Assembly: GCF_001194135.2 (NCBI RefSeq) | Contig: NC_068988.1 | Location: 53,783,386-53,840,499 of the forward strand | Direction: 5' to 3' | From: Octopus bimaculoides | Taxonomy: Eukaryota | DNA: 57,114 nucleotides | Shown here: piece after piece, positions 12,557 to 25,150 of the stretch | Numbering within the stretch: position 1 is the stretch's first letter | Layout: each line of letters starts with the position of its first letter | The notes under the pieces: model-generated | What the model was told of the DNA's origin: nothing | The model's input: the letters and a program-made list of their open reading frames with translations, nothing else | Database searches by the model: none | Program-made: the position numbers and the translations under genes

Positions 12557-13225
12557 NNNNNNNNNNNNNNNNNNNNNNNNNNNNNNNNNNNNNNNNNNNN
12601 NNNNNNNNNNNNNNNNNNNNNNNNNNNNNNNNNNNNNNNNNNNNNNNNNNNNNNNNNNNNNNNNNNNNNNNNNNNNNNNNNNNNNNNNNNNNNNNNNNNN
12701 NNNNNNNNNNNNNNNNNNNNNNNNNNNNNNNNNNNNNNNNNNNNNNNNNNNNNNNNNNNNNNNNNNNNNNNNNNNNNNNNNNNNNNNNNNNNNNNNNNNN
12801 NNNNNNNNNNNNNNNNNNNNNNNNNNNNNNNNNNNNNNNNNNNNNNNNNNNNNNNNNNNNNNNNNNNNNNNNNNNNNNNNNNNNNNNNNNNNNNNNNNNN
12901 NNNNNNNNNNNNNNNNNNNNNNNNNNNNNNNNNNNNNNNNNNNNNNNNNNNNNNNNNNNNNNNNNNNNNNNNNNNNNNNNNNNNNNNNNNNNNNNNNNNN
13001 NNNNNNNNNNNNNNNNNNNNNNNNNNNNNNNNNNNNNNNNNNNNNNNNNNNNNNNNNNNNNNNNNNNNNNNNNNNNNNNNNNNNNNNNNNNNNNNNNNNN
13101 NNNNNNNNNNNNNNNNNNNNNNNNNNNNNNNNNNNNNNNNNNNNNNNNNNNNNNNNNNNNNNNNNNNNNNNNNNNNNNNNNNNNNNNNNNNNNNNNNNNN
13201 NNNNNNNNNNNNNNNNNNNNNNNNN
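12557..13225. other. Assembly gap (N run)
   Basis: N run. Other gaps are at 25909-26455, 31487-31994, 47465-47542, 53243-53252 and 55344-56074. Confidence 1.
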
Positions 13226-14043
13226 CAGTAAAAGCTGGGTATTATGATCACGCAATGTTATCAAACAGTTATTGCTAGCAAAATCAATAAGGCCCCAAAC
13301 TCGCTCAGGACATTAAATCTACTTTATTTTTACCAGCCGGTTATTGTTATATGAAAAGGCTCTGACTATACATGATCATCTTAGCGGCTTCACTGTGTAT
13401 ATATATATATATATATATAACTCCTCTTCTGTCCTAAAGACCTAACGTTCAGATAGCGGGGGATGGGGGGGGGGCGCACTTTCAAGTATTACACGCTTCA
13501 CTACAGATGAGAGTATTCGAAATAATATTGTTTTCTAATTTTATAAAAGAAGTGATTAATAGATATTATATTTATATAGATATGCTAACCGGTTAAATTT
13601 TTCCCCCCACCTAACAACACTAAACCAATAACTAATTCTGCTCTTCAATCTTGATAAATAAGTTTATACTTTATACAATATTTAGAAATAGAAATATTGT
13701 ATCTAATGTGTGCAGCAGGGCAAAATGAACTCGAGAAAATCATTCTAAAATATCCTTTAAAACAAATCCACTACACCCCTTCCCCAAACAAAGCTAACGA
13801 TTAAAAATAGGATATTCTGCATGATAATATTAATTGATAATGACAATCAGTTATTACTTCCACCAAATTTTGCATTAAAAAAATTCATTTCGTCATTTAA
13901 TCATAGGAAAAAGTCTTAGGTACACGTCGAAAAAATCATGCTTTTTACTCATAATCGGCGTAGTATTGATCCAGCTGTTTATTACTATAAACACGTTCCA
14001 CTTGATTGTCCCTAAAATTTCTTCAAACTGGGTCGTGTGCATA

Positions 14044-14097
<54 letters not shown>

Positions 14098-14527
14098 TAT
14101 ATATGTATAATAATATATATGTATTATTGTTGGTTGAGATATATATATCTAATTATTGTTCTACTTACGATCTGACGATTAGCTATATTTTTGAATAGAA
14201 TTTATTTTCGATAATTTCAATTGATTTTAATCGATTTAAATTTCCTTTCTATTTGAAAATTAGTTATGAAACACGTGTAATCTTTTTATTATATTTATCT
14301 TATGATATTTACTTTATATTATACTCATTTATTGTGCTTTTAATTATTAATTTTTCTATATGTGATAGTGGATTTTCATCGATGAGTTCTTGAAACTTGA
14401 TTATTTTCCCTAAAACTATATATTATATATATATTTTATCTATAAAGCTCAATTTAATTTTAATTTTTTATAAATTGATTTTAATTGAGTTTTTACCTGT
14501 AATTTTGGATTTTGTCCCTAATATTAT

Positions 14528-14634
<107 letters not shown>

Positions 14635-15913
14635 TTGTATGTGTGTGTATGTTTCCCTAGGGTGTATGAGTGCGTGTAACAATTTATTTGGTGGTCTTCG
14701 TGTTTATCGTCTTTTTTTTTCATTACATAACCAAATAAAAGATACGGTGAAGTCGTTCCATTACACAGGTTCATTGGTACTGCTTTGATTTTGCGGAATC
14801 CGTGAAAGGCCTCACTTCCTATTTTACCATCTGCTTTCATATGAAAATTATCATGTCTGTATAGGAATTCATATGGCATGCTTCTTTCTAGGATATCGAC
14901 CGGCTTTAATATGTTTCAAGTTGCTTGCTTCGATGTCGGCTCTATAATCGTCACTCTACAAATATTGATGTAATATACCAGGCCTTAAAAGTAATCCTAA
15001 TTCAGTAAATAACATTATTTCTCCCGTAAATGGAATAAATGTAATTCATCTGTAGTGAAGAATGTATTTCGCGTTGTTGATTAGCAAATTTGGTTACTTG
15101 ATGTTTATACGATAATACGTATTGTTTACAGTTTCTTTTTCGCTGATAGTTCGCAAACTTCACAAATTATTAAGCCATACAATCTTTGATGGTTCCTCAT
15201 GATGGTCACATTATGTATAAAATAATCAAAACCGTATTCTAAAGGCTAGGCTTTTCCCCTCAGTTCTGAACAGCTGCTTAACATGGGATACATAAGTGTA
15301 TCCCATGTTAGAGTACTATTCGTATATCTGGAATCGAGCAGCTGTTACACAAATATCTTTGCCTGCACCGCCCCACCTCCGCCTTAAAAATTAGGCCATC
15401 TCGCTACAATCTCCAGCATACCTACGCGTTCTATACTCAGTGTCTTCTGCCGCAACTACAGTGGATCTTACTACTCTCAGCGTGTTAGTTGTGTACCACC
15501 ACCCTCAAGCCCACCCGATTCCACCCTGCTTTCTCCTGTATTATTTTACACCATCAAAAATCTACACTAATCACTTTGCTCAATTCTATATATATAAAAA
15601 AACAAAATACAAACAACAGCAAAGAAATCCCACCATTGGTCCTTACTTGCTGTCTATGGTTTGCCCTGATCAAGGCACATGCTTATATAATCAAGGTAAT
15701 TCATTTGTGACCATGCCATCTTTCTTTCTTTTTTTTTCAGATATATATCTAAATTACATTATAATATAGGGTCCATCCCTTAAAACAGTCGTATTTAAGG
15801 GAGATTGGTGCTAGTTTAAACAATTTAAGTACATACATGAAAGCTGAAGCTGAATATCACATCAATATTACCAATTAGGAATCTCCCTAATGCCTCTCTC
15901 ACTGCCTCATCTG

Positions 15914-15976
<63 letters not shown>

Positions 15977-15998
15977 GTATATAAAAATTAAAAACATA

Positions 15999-16300
15999 AA
16001 ATTAAAACAGATCACAAAGGATTCCACGGTACACGTGTTTCAAGCTTTATACACAAACAGTCGTTGCATCATTATATGGGTATATAATTGATAGACAGGA
16101 TGGTATAAAGCTATCTTGAGCCGCAAATATATTCTTTCCCAAGCATTTGTGATATAATGCTTGGGAAAGAATATATTTGCGGCTGAAGATAGCTTTATAC
16201 CATCCTGTCTATCAATTATATACCCATATAATGATGCAACGACTTTGTATAAAGCTTGAAACACGTGTACCGCGGAATCCTTTGTGTTCTGTTTTAATTT
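15999..16300. mobile_element. Foldback/MITE-like near-perfect palindrome
   Basis: Arms of ~145-149 bp pair almost perfectly around the 8-nt loop TGTGATAT (16148-16155). The element is flanked by (TA)n on both sides. Confidence 0.85.
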
Positions 16301-16559
16301 ATATATATATATATATATATGGGTGTTTGTGTGATAGCCAGCAGGATGTGCTTTTTTTCCCTGTTGCACAGAATCTGCATTTTCCTCGTTTTATGGTTTT
16401 GATCTTTCAAGGACCTTCCATTTGATACTGTAGTCAATGTTCTGCTATGTATCTTGTTGCTAAGCCTAAAAAATGATCCACAGCTGTAATATCTTTCCCT
16501 GAAACCACACCTGCTTAACTGGTCTTCTCAATTGTTTGATTTGGCATGGTTGAGGTTTG

Positions 16560-17100
16560 ATTTGGCATGGTTATGTATGTCTAAGTAGACATACATAAAA
16601 CAAAATTTCTTAATAATATTGGATTGTACCAAGATGAAGGCTTAGACTTAATATATAACTGCAATAGCCACAAACTGGGTTCTTTTAAGAAAAATCCATA
16701 ACTGCTTTCAACAGCATAGAGCTTAAATTGCTGTAATTAACTTAGCTAAGTTTGATCTTTTAGATGTGTCCTTATATCTAGAATCCAAGCTCTTTCATAA
16801 ATCATAGACTCATAAATAAGCAGTCCTGCCACCCCTTCCCATTGTGTTTAGAAACCTCATATCTTATATAAATAAGAGAATTTCTAGCCTTTTCTCTTAG
16901 ATATTTTCAATAAAGCAGGAGGGAAATTTAAGCTAACATCCCTCAGCTATAACACATATCCTGATTTAAAAAAAAACTCAACAGACTATTTAAAATCTAG
17001 AAAAGAGCTATACAATAGGTGTCCACAAGTAGATAAGTTTATACTAACCTATTGGAAAAATTCCATCATTACTGGGTAAGCTCCATTGGATCCTGTTCCT
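16560..17100 (+). pseudogene. Decayed Penelope-like element reverse transcriptase fragment
   Basis: NNIGLYQDEGL (PLE consensus IGLYRDDGL), then INLAKFDLLDVSLYL (consensus NLTKVNFLDVTL) and RISSLFS/IFNKA. Multiple frameshifts and stops. Confidence 0.7.
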
Positions 17101-17976
17101 TCCTCCACCATGTTTTTGTGCATTTTTCTTTTACCCTTTCTATTCTACACTCCCCAACACTTATAAAAATAACTATCCATGCCAGTAACCCCTTAGTACG
17201 ATGCTGATGTGAACACATAAGGTCATACATTTTGATGCAGATATCTATGTGAGTATGGGTGTGTGTGTGTATAATCCCTCTTCATCCTTCTACTTCATTT
17301 ACCTGTACTTCACTTATATAGACATGCTACTTGACATTACAAGGGACTTAATCTGAACCTTTGAATACCTGAAATTCCACCCCTCACACTTTGATTTAAA
17401 AAAATTTTTTTTATTAATTCTCATAGTTTATCATTTTATCTTCAAAGTTACCAACAGCCATTTGGGATTTTCAACCTCAAAAATGCAGATGTAGTTATAA
17501 ACTCTTTGTTTAACCAAAATGTAGCTAGCTTTCTTCAGAAAGGAAACGAGAATTATTGCTAATGACCAATTAAGACCCATTAATTACTGTGTAATAACCA
17601 CTTTTGTAGAGATTGAATGTTTTCTGTTGAATTTTATTTAAACATTAACACTCTACATGGTAACTTCATGATAGCTTTTATCATATTCTGCTCTTAAGTT
17701 AAATACAATTGTTGAAAATTTCACAATAAGCATCACCTCCAGGAAATTTTTTACTCTCTTTCTTGGAAAGTTTCTTGAAGTTTGCTGTTTTAGCATCATA
17801 AATTACGATTTTACAAAAGGAGTCTTTCAAAGTTTACATTAAAAAAAAAAAAATTTTTTGCCTACATTTCTCTATTTCAGGTTATACAACTAGCCCTAAG
17901 CATTTTCGTTTTTGACTTTTTTCAAACGCGTTTTTTGTCGGAGTTATGTTTCAAACTTGGTACATTACAATTCTTG

Positions 17977-18017
<41 letters not shown>

Positions 18018-19179
18018 AAAATAAAATAAATTAACTTCTTTAAAAATTGATTTTTAAAATTTTTTTTTTTACAAAAATAAATGAATAAAATGTTATGAAA
18101 TAGCGTGGGTTCTTATTCCGAAACTGCTGCGAATGTGTTAGTCACATTGGCCATGATCACATTTCTTCTCTGAGTCCCCCACCACCGAAAAGCAACAAAA
18201 ACAAAAAAAAAAGGTGATGCTCATGAATTTTGCAAACGCCAGAGTAACAATTGAAATGGCAACAACCAGGAATTGAAACTGGTTCCTTAGATTAGGTTCG
18301 CTCGATATTCCGTGATATAATATTGGTGAATGTGGTAAATTATTAGTGTAGATTTTTGTGTGTATGTCTACTTTTGCAAATATGTATTTATACGAAACGT
18401 TAGACTGCACTTGAAAGACTATGTATATATGTTTGGGTGGGTGCGTGCGTGCGTGTATCTACGTGTATATGTGTGTTTATGTGTATCAGTGCTGTATGAA
18501 TGCGTGTGTTGTTTACTCCCAGGTCAGTTCTGATCAGGCAAAACCATGATCAAATTCAGCCGTAAGCGTTTTTCTTTTTTTTTTTTCACATTATTTAGGT
18601 ACAAATATATCTAGGAATACATCCAATCCGTTTCTTTTCTAAGATGGCCCGGTGTGACTCAAGGAAATTTTGCTGTTATTTCTAGCTATTCGAGCGGCCA
18701 CGTAGAGGCTTCCTCTCTGGTTCGAGAAAGTGTGTGTGTGTATATGTGCCTGTTTTGTGTGCGTATATATTTTGTATAATATTTAGTTTCGTTTGAGTTT
18801 TGAACCTTATACGTCTAAAATATGTGCATATATTTACTCTCGGTTTCTTTCTTTCTTTCTTTCTTTCTTTCACCCCTCCCCACAGTTACATAGATACACA
18901 AATGTATTCGTATGTGCTCTAGTGCGTACTCCCAAATATGAGGTTAAGTAAGCTATAAAAGTGAGCAGATGTATTCTCCACCGCCTCCTTATTCTTGTAA
19001 ACCCGAGCGTCCGTCCCTATGCCGCTCGTACACCATTTAATAATTACAGGAGTTTCAGAGTATACTCTGTGTGTGAATGGCAGCATCATACGGTCTAGTT
19101 AGCAGAGGACAATTATGTACACCAAAATTTATTTTAAAAAAGCAACAAAACGCTCTAATCGCTAGCTCTGAACAGCGAT

Positions 19180-19760
19180 GAAACTAAAAAGCCGGCCGGA
19201 ATGGGCCAGCCATATTTTTACAAATACGGCGCCGTTGCCTGGAATGGTCGCAGTGAAGCGGAGGCGTCAACCAATCGTTGGCTTACAATTGTAAGTAGGG
19301 AAGAAATAAAATAAATAAATAAATTGCAGTCGGTCTCATCAGCTTTTGCGATATCCATTGATCAGTCAATAAGACTAGAGAAATTTTGTTCAATGACAGT
19401 GTGTGTGTGTGTGTGTGTGTGTATATAGGCGGGGTGGAATAGCAAGTAGTAGGAGAGAGTAAGATGTAATCGTACTGCAAGTCTTATCAACGATAATGAG
19501 GGCACTGAGGTAGTTTCTCCGTTGTCGCTCGAACTGCTAGAAATAGCAACTGAAATGGCTGTAATTATGACGAGGTTCGGCGATTCGCTCTGCAAGTATA
19601 TGTTTCTAGGTTGGATCCTATTGAATGGCACCTAAGGCAGGTGTCTTCTATCTCGAGTAGCCTCGGATTGACTGGTTGCCGAAAATTGTGCGGAAGCCAG
19701 TTTGTGTGTGTGTGTGTATGGAGAGAAGAGAGCTTTTGAGAGAAATACGGCGAGATAGAA
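19180..19760. promoter_or_regulatory. CpG-rich promoter-like region
   Basis: High CpG density, CCAAT (19271-19275), GC box GGCGGGG (19428-19434) and a GCGGAAG ETS-like site near 19690. CpG depletion begins about 1 kb downstream. No expression data. Confidence 0.5.
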
Positions 19761-21518
19761 GGCAGTTGCTATCAGACCCAGGATGGGTGGGTAGAGTGTT
19801 TCAAAATCCAAGGAAGCTTTTTTGAGGGGGATCCAACATATAGATATTCATGTCTCTTCAGGCTCCGTGCTGATGTAGCATGTGAACCTGCCTCGCGCTG
19901 TTCTTGTGTGTATGTATGTAAAAAAAAAAAAATCGCAAAAAAACTAACAATAAAAACCCTCAAACAAACGAAAGCCTATTGCTTACAAGCGAAGTCCCTA
20001 GAGATATTTGTTCTGCAGCGACTTACAGACACTCGCCGTGAGAACTGTAGTGAACCAATAGTTGTCTCTGGGAATTTGTAACCAACGATAGTATTGTTCA
20101 CTAGTTGCGATCTTAATGAAATAAAACACACCCAACCGCCGTAAAAAAGAAGAAAAAAAAAGGTGGCTATATCAGATAACTATATTTTTGATATACTATA
20201 TCTGGTCGGGGAAAAATGCTCGTGGCTGGAACAACTTTGATAACGTCTGCTCAAGCAGTGAGGAATTGGTGGAAAAGAACAGCCTAAAAACAATGACAAG
20301 CCGTTGAAGAAGCCTTTCCCTGGTCATTTGATCTGCTAAAAGTAGCAGCCAAATCTCGCTTAGATCACACTTTGACCACCTTAATGAAAGGTGGACACTT
20401 TGAATTGTGTAATACTAGATACACTGTGGCGGGGAAAAAGACGAGACGGTCGTGTCTGGAACGTCCTTGACCATAAGTTTGCTGAATTGGTGATGACTTA
20501 TTAATCAACAACTGATCATGTTTCTTTTTTCTAATCCTTCTTTTTCTCACTTTCACTCTTGCTTATCTATTTAATCCCGTTCTCTTTCTGTCTGTCTGTT
20601 TCTCTCACTTTCGCAAGTGCTTACGTTTTCCCACTCAATATTTTACTTTTTTTTTTGCCCTTTTCCATCTCTTAATCATCAGATTATAGAGGTGAGTTTT
20701 CAGTCAATCAAATGCTGTGGGCTGGTTTCCCTTCTAAAAGAGAAACTTTCACTTCACTTCATTTCCCTCACAATTGCTAATAGGCCCCAAAGAAGAATGA
20801 ATGAATGAATTGTATGTAGCAAATGCCATATCTCTCCTGCTGCAAATATATAGCTTTTATACCAGTGTAAGAAATCAATGATTTTTTTTCTTTCATGGTG
20901 AGCTGAGTTGGTGACACATTTTCAATTCTTTGTTGTTGCTGTTTTACACTCCATTCCTACTATCCCAAGAAAAGCAGTGTTTAAGGAGCTTGCCTTGTAA
21001 CCATGTGCTTTTTAGATTTAATCTCACTGCTTGGTACCTTACCCTGGTCCAATCAATGTCCTGGGAGTAATTTTGGTAGATAGAAAATGGAAGCTTATCC
21101 TCTGTTTATGTGTGTGTGTTCTCCAACAGCTTGACTGGTGATGTTGGTTTGTTTGCATCCTATAACTTAGCAGTTCAGTGAAAGAGATTGGTAGAAGAAA
21201 TACCAGACTTTACAAAAATAGGCATTCTTTTGTTATAACCCCCAAAAGGTGAAAGAATGCGAAAAAATAAGTTACTGGTATTTGTCTAAATCCTTCTAAG
21301 CAATGTCCCATCATAGCTGCAGGTCAATGACTAAGCTCGTCGAAACGCCGGTATTAAAACGTGGGTGGCTGATGAAGTAGAATGTTCTCTATGTGGCTCG
21401 TGTGTTCTCGTCTACGTTTGTTTGCAATGTCCTGTACCCAGATATGCACCTATACATACAAGTGGATGTCAGTATGCACATACCTGTACGTATATATGCA
21501 TATACTCATTTACTATTT

Positions 21519-21554
<36 letters not shown>

Positions 21555-21555
<1 letters not shown>

Positions 21556-21951
21556 CGCAGGTGTGGCTGTGTGGTAAGAAGTTTGCTTCTCAAACACATG
21601 GTTCTGGGTTCAGTCCCACTGTCTGGCACCTTGGGCAAGTGTCTTCTACTATAGTTTTGGCCCAGACAAAGCCTTGTGAGTAGATTTGGTAGATGGAAAC
21701 TGAAAGAAGCCCATCGTATATATGCATATATATATATATATGTGTGTATGTTTTTGTGTTTTGTGTTTGTCCCATCACCATCACTTGACAACTGATGTTG
21801 GTGTGCTTACGTCCCCTTAACATAGCAGTTCAGCAAAAGAGACTGATAGGATAAGTACTGGGCTTACAAAGAATAAGTCCTGGGGTTGATTAGTTTGACT
21901 AAAGGCAGTGCTCCAGCATAGCTGCAGTCAAACGACTGAAACAGTAAAAGA
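21555..21951 (+). mobile_element. Full-length tRNA-derived SINE, family B
   Basis: Head GCAGGTGTGGCTGTGTGGTAAGAAG...GGTTCAGTCCC, CORE-like ACCTTGGGCAAGTGTCTTCTAC, TA/TG tract and tail GACTGAAACAGTAAAAG. Confidence 0.9.
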
Positions 21952-21977
21952 GTATATGTATACATACATATATATCA

Positions 21978-22140
21978 TCATCATCATTTAATGTCCGTTT
22001 TCCATGCTGGCATGGGTTGGACGATTTGACAGGGAGTTGTCTGGGCTCTAGTCATCTGTTGTGGCTTGGTTTCTACAGCTGGATACCCTTTCTAACGCCA
22101 ACCACTTAGCAGAGTGTGCTAGTTGCTTTTTACTTGCCAT
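21978..22140 (-). mobile_element. RTE-3'-end-related SINE/LINE tail with (CAT)n terminus
   Basis: CATCATCATTTAATGTCCGTTTTCCATGCTGGCATGGG. Related pieces lie at 47295-47410 and 47910-48125. Confidence 0.65.
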
Positions 22141-23605
22141 TGTTTTAATAATGACTTTTCTATGCTTACATGAACCAGGCAGAATTTGTTGCAGCAGATT
22201 TTCAATGGCTGGATGCCTTCCCTATCATCAACCCTCACCTATTTCCAACTAAGGTAATATTTCCCCATGACCAGACATGCTTACAAATGAAGCTTGCGAG
22301 CGAAGGAAAACACTTGTATGACAGTGACTCATTATTACAACTAATATGTAATGTCAAGACACAGACAGATACCTCCGTCTCCCAACAGATTTCTCCCCCA
22401 TAACATATCTTCCCAACTTTTCTCATTCCACCTGTGTTCAGTCACTGCATTCTCCTCCATTACTCTCCCCCCATTCTGGTGCTAGTGGAGTAAAGCAGTG
22501 ACCATGTACCAGGGTGAGGAATAATTGCTTTGTGTTAAATAGAGTCTGGCTGGTAGTAGTGAGAATTGTCAACTTCCCTTTTTAATGTCCACTTTTTCAT
22601 ACTTACATTGATTGGACAGAATTTCTTGTGGATTTTCTACACAACCAGGTGCCCTTTCTGTCACCAACCCTCTCCTGTTTCCAAGTAAGATAATAACTAC
22701 TTTCCAAAGACCAGATATGTTTTCACAGAAACAAAGGACACCAACTGCATAATGGTGACACAACTGTACATGATGTCAGGATAACGAGACAGTTACATGT
22801 GCATATACAGATGTACACACACACACACACGGAGTCTTCTTTCAGTTTCTGCCTATCAAATCCACTCACAAGGTTTTGATTGATCCAGGACTGTAGAAGA
22901 TGCATCCACACAGTAGGACTGAATCTGAAACCATGTGGTTGGGAAGCAGATTTCATTCAACACAATCACAACAGCACTTATGATAGCTGATGCAGCTTTC
23001 ATATGAATGTACTCTATCTTTTATTTTGGGACTTTATGGGGTTTTTTTTCCTTTAGAAAGTTTATTGTTAGATCTATATTATATTTCTCCATAGATAGTG
23101 TAACAAACTGTTGTATCAATGTTGCTACTGACACATGTTTCTGTTTATATTCTGACGTTTCTTTCATATATCCCTGTTATTGTTTAACCCTTGGTAAGTG
23201 CTGATTTAGGAGAACCTTAATCAATGGCCTTGACCACCCTGTCTTTTTTTCAGATGTAATGTGTCTAGGACTACAGTATTCAATGAGTCTTTCCTTTATT
23301 TTGAGACAATTTGGTACAAACTGATAGAGATTTGGCTGCTATTTGTCGCTTGTGAGATAACCAGAGACCAGTTTTCTTGGTTCATATATTTCTTTGTACA
23401 AGACCTGGTAAATAATCTTGTATTCTTGTTTTGCCTTTTATTGCTCTGTAGGCTCCTACATTAAAACTATGCCAGTCATGTGCTTTGTCATTATGTTATT
23501 CTGCCTTTCTCTTGCAACCTATGCAGTATAACAACCCCATGAAAGTCACTGAAGAAAAGGAAACAGCATTACTGTATGATTATGGCATGGTAAAATTTTA
23601 GACAT

Positions 23606-23985
23606 GGAGGCACAATGACCCAGTGGTTAGGGCAGCGGACTCGCGGTCATAGGATCGCGGTTTCAATTCCCATACCGGGCGTTGTGAGTGTTTATTGAAC
23701 GAAAACACCTGAAGCTCCACGAGGCTCCGGCAGGGGATGGTGGCGAACCCTGCTGTACTCTTCCACCACAACTTTCTCTCACTCTTACTTCCTGTTTCTG
23801 TTGTGCCTGTAATTCAAAGGGTCAGCCTTGTCACGCTGTGTCACGCTGAATATCCCCGAGAACTACGTTAAAGGTACACGTGTCTGTGGAGTACTCAGCC
23901 ACTTGCACGTTAATTTCACGAGCAGGCTGTTCTGTTGATCGGATCAACTAGAACCCTCGACGTTATAAGCGACGGAGTGCCAACA
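23606..23985 (+). mobile_element. Full-length SINE family A
   Basis: Roughly 90% similar by eye to 1383-1761. Confidence 0.9.
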
Positions 23986-24854
23986 AAATTTTGGTCAATG
24001 CTTTCATCAAATTCCATGTTTTATTGATCTCTAGTATTCACTTTCCAGGATGTTTCTTGCTTGGTATGAAAAGATTAGTCATGATTTCGAGAGAGATAAG
24101 TTTTTAACCTCTAGTTGTGGTGGTAGTGGTGGTGCTTCAACTATATATTTTTTTTTGTTTTTTGATGTCATAGTCCATTCCATTTAAATATTTATTTGAT
24201 TCTTATCGTCAGTTGCTTTACTTCAGCCATAGTACAACCTTAATTTTTGTTGTTATTTATGAGTCTTCTGCCTAAGGCTATTAAGGATTTCGCTCACAGC
24301 TTTGCTTCCTACTTGCTTCACATCCAGTGCAAAAAATAATAACAACAAGCAAGGTACAAAAACAAAAAAAAAAAAACATGCTTTAATTACATGCAAATGT
24401 CCACATGAGCAAAATGCTACCCAATGCTCACTGGAAACAAAGAAGCTGGATGTAAAGCTGTAAATAAATAAATTAATGAGCCACAGAAAACTTGCTTAAT
24501 TGAATAAAGCCAACAATTGACTCTGTGTGTGTTGTAAAATAAAAATTGTGTGACAAAATGGTTGAATAGATAATGTAATTATATACTAAATGATGTAAGT
24601 GACCCGATCGTCAACAGGTTTTGAATCCTGTGCTGTTTGTTATTTTATATAAATTTTATTCTTTCATTTACCCCACATCATGGCCACAGTCATGATGAGG
24701 CACCATCTTCAATGGTTTCATTTATTATATTGCCCCTACCCTAATATGTATTTCATTCTGTTATTTTATCACTGTCTGTATCTGTAATTAGAAAGTTCTG
24801 AAAGATAAAAGGACACCTAAATACCATGGGCCTATATACATACATACATAAGCG

Positions 24855-25150
24855 CAGACATGGCTGCATGGTTCCAAAGCTTGCTTTGCAACTATGTGAT
24901 TTTTAGGTTCAGTCCCACTGTATGGCACCTTGGACGAGTGTCTTTCTATAGCCCAGGTTGAATAATGCTTTGTGATTTGGTAGATGAAAACTGTGCGGAA
25001 GCCAATCATATAAGCCCATTGTGTGTGTGTGTGTACACATACACATATATGTGTGTTTTTGTTTATCCTTCACTGTCTTTTGGCAACTGTTGCAGGTTTA
25101 GCAAAAAGAACCGACAGAATAAGAAGCAGGCTTAAAAATAAATACTAGGA
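24855..25150 (+). mobile_element. SINE family B copy
   Basis: GCAGACATGGCTGCATGG...GGTTCAGTCCCACTGTATGGCACCTTGG...GATTTGGTAGATG. Confidence 0.8.

Noticed and set aside
12406-13278. Long ORFs spanning N runs (also 25705-26517, 31109-32190, 47284-47756, 54982-56138)
   Set aside because: They are artefacts of translating assembly gaps and microsatellites.
19507-19530. let-7-like TGAGGTAG
   Set aside because: Only the seed matches, there is no hairpin, and it lies in a repeat.
20052-20103. TAGTGAAC...GTTCACTA hairpin as a pre-miRNA
   Set aside because: It has a large asymmetric bulge and too few pairs for a canonical precursor.
21335-21385. GAAAC...GTA...CTGATGA as a type II hammerhead
   Set aside because: Stems I and II do not pair. 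At most these are fragments of the repeat family.
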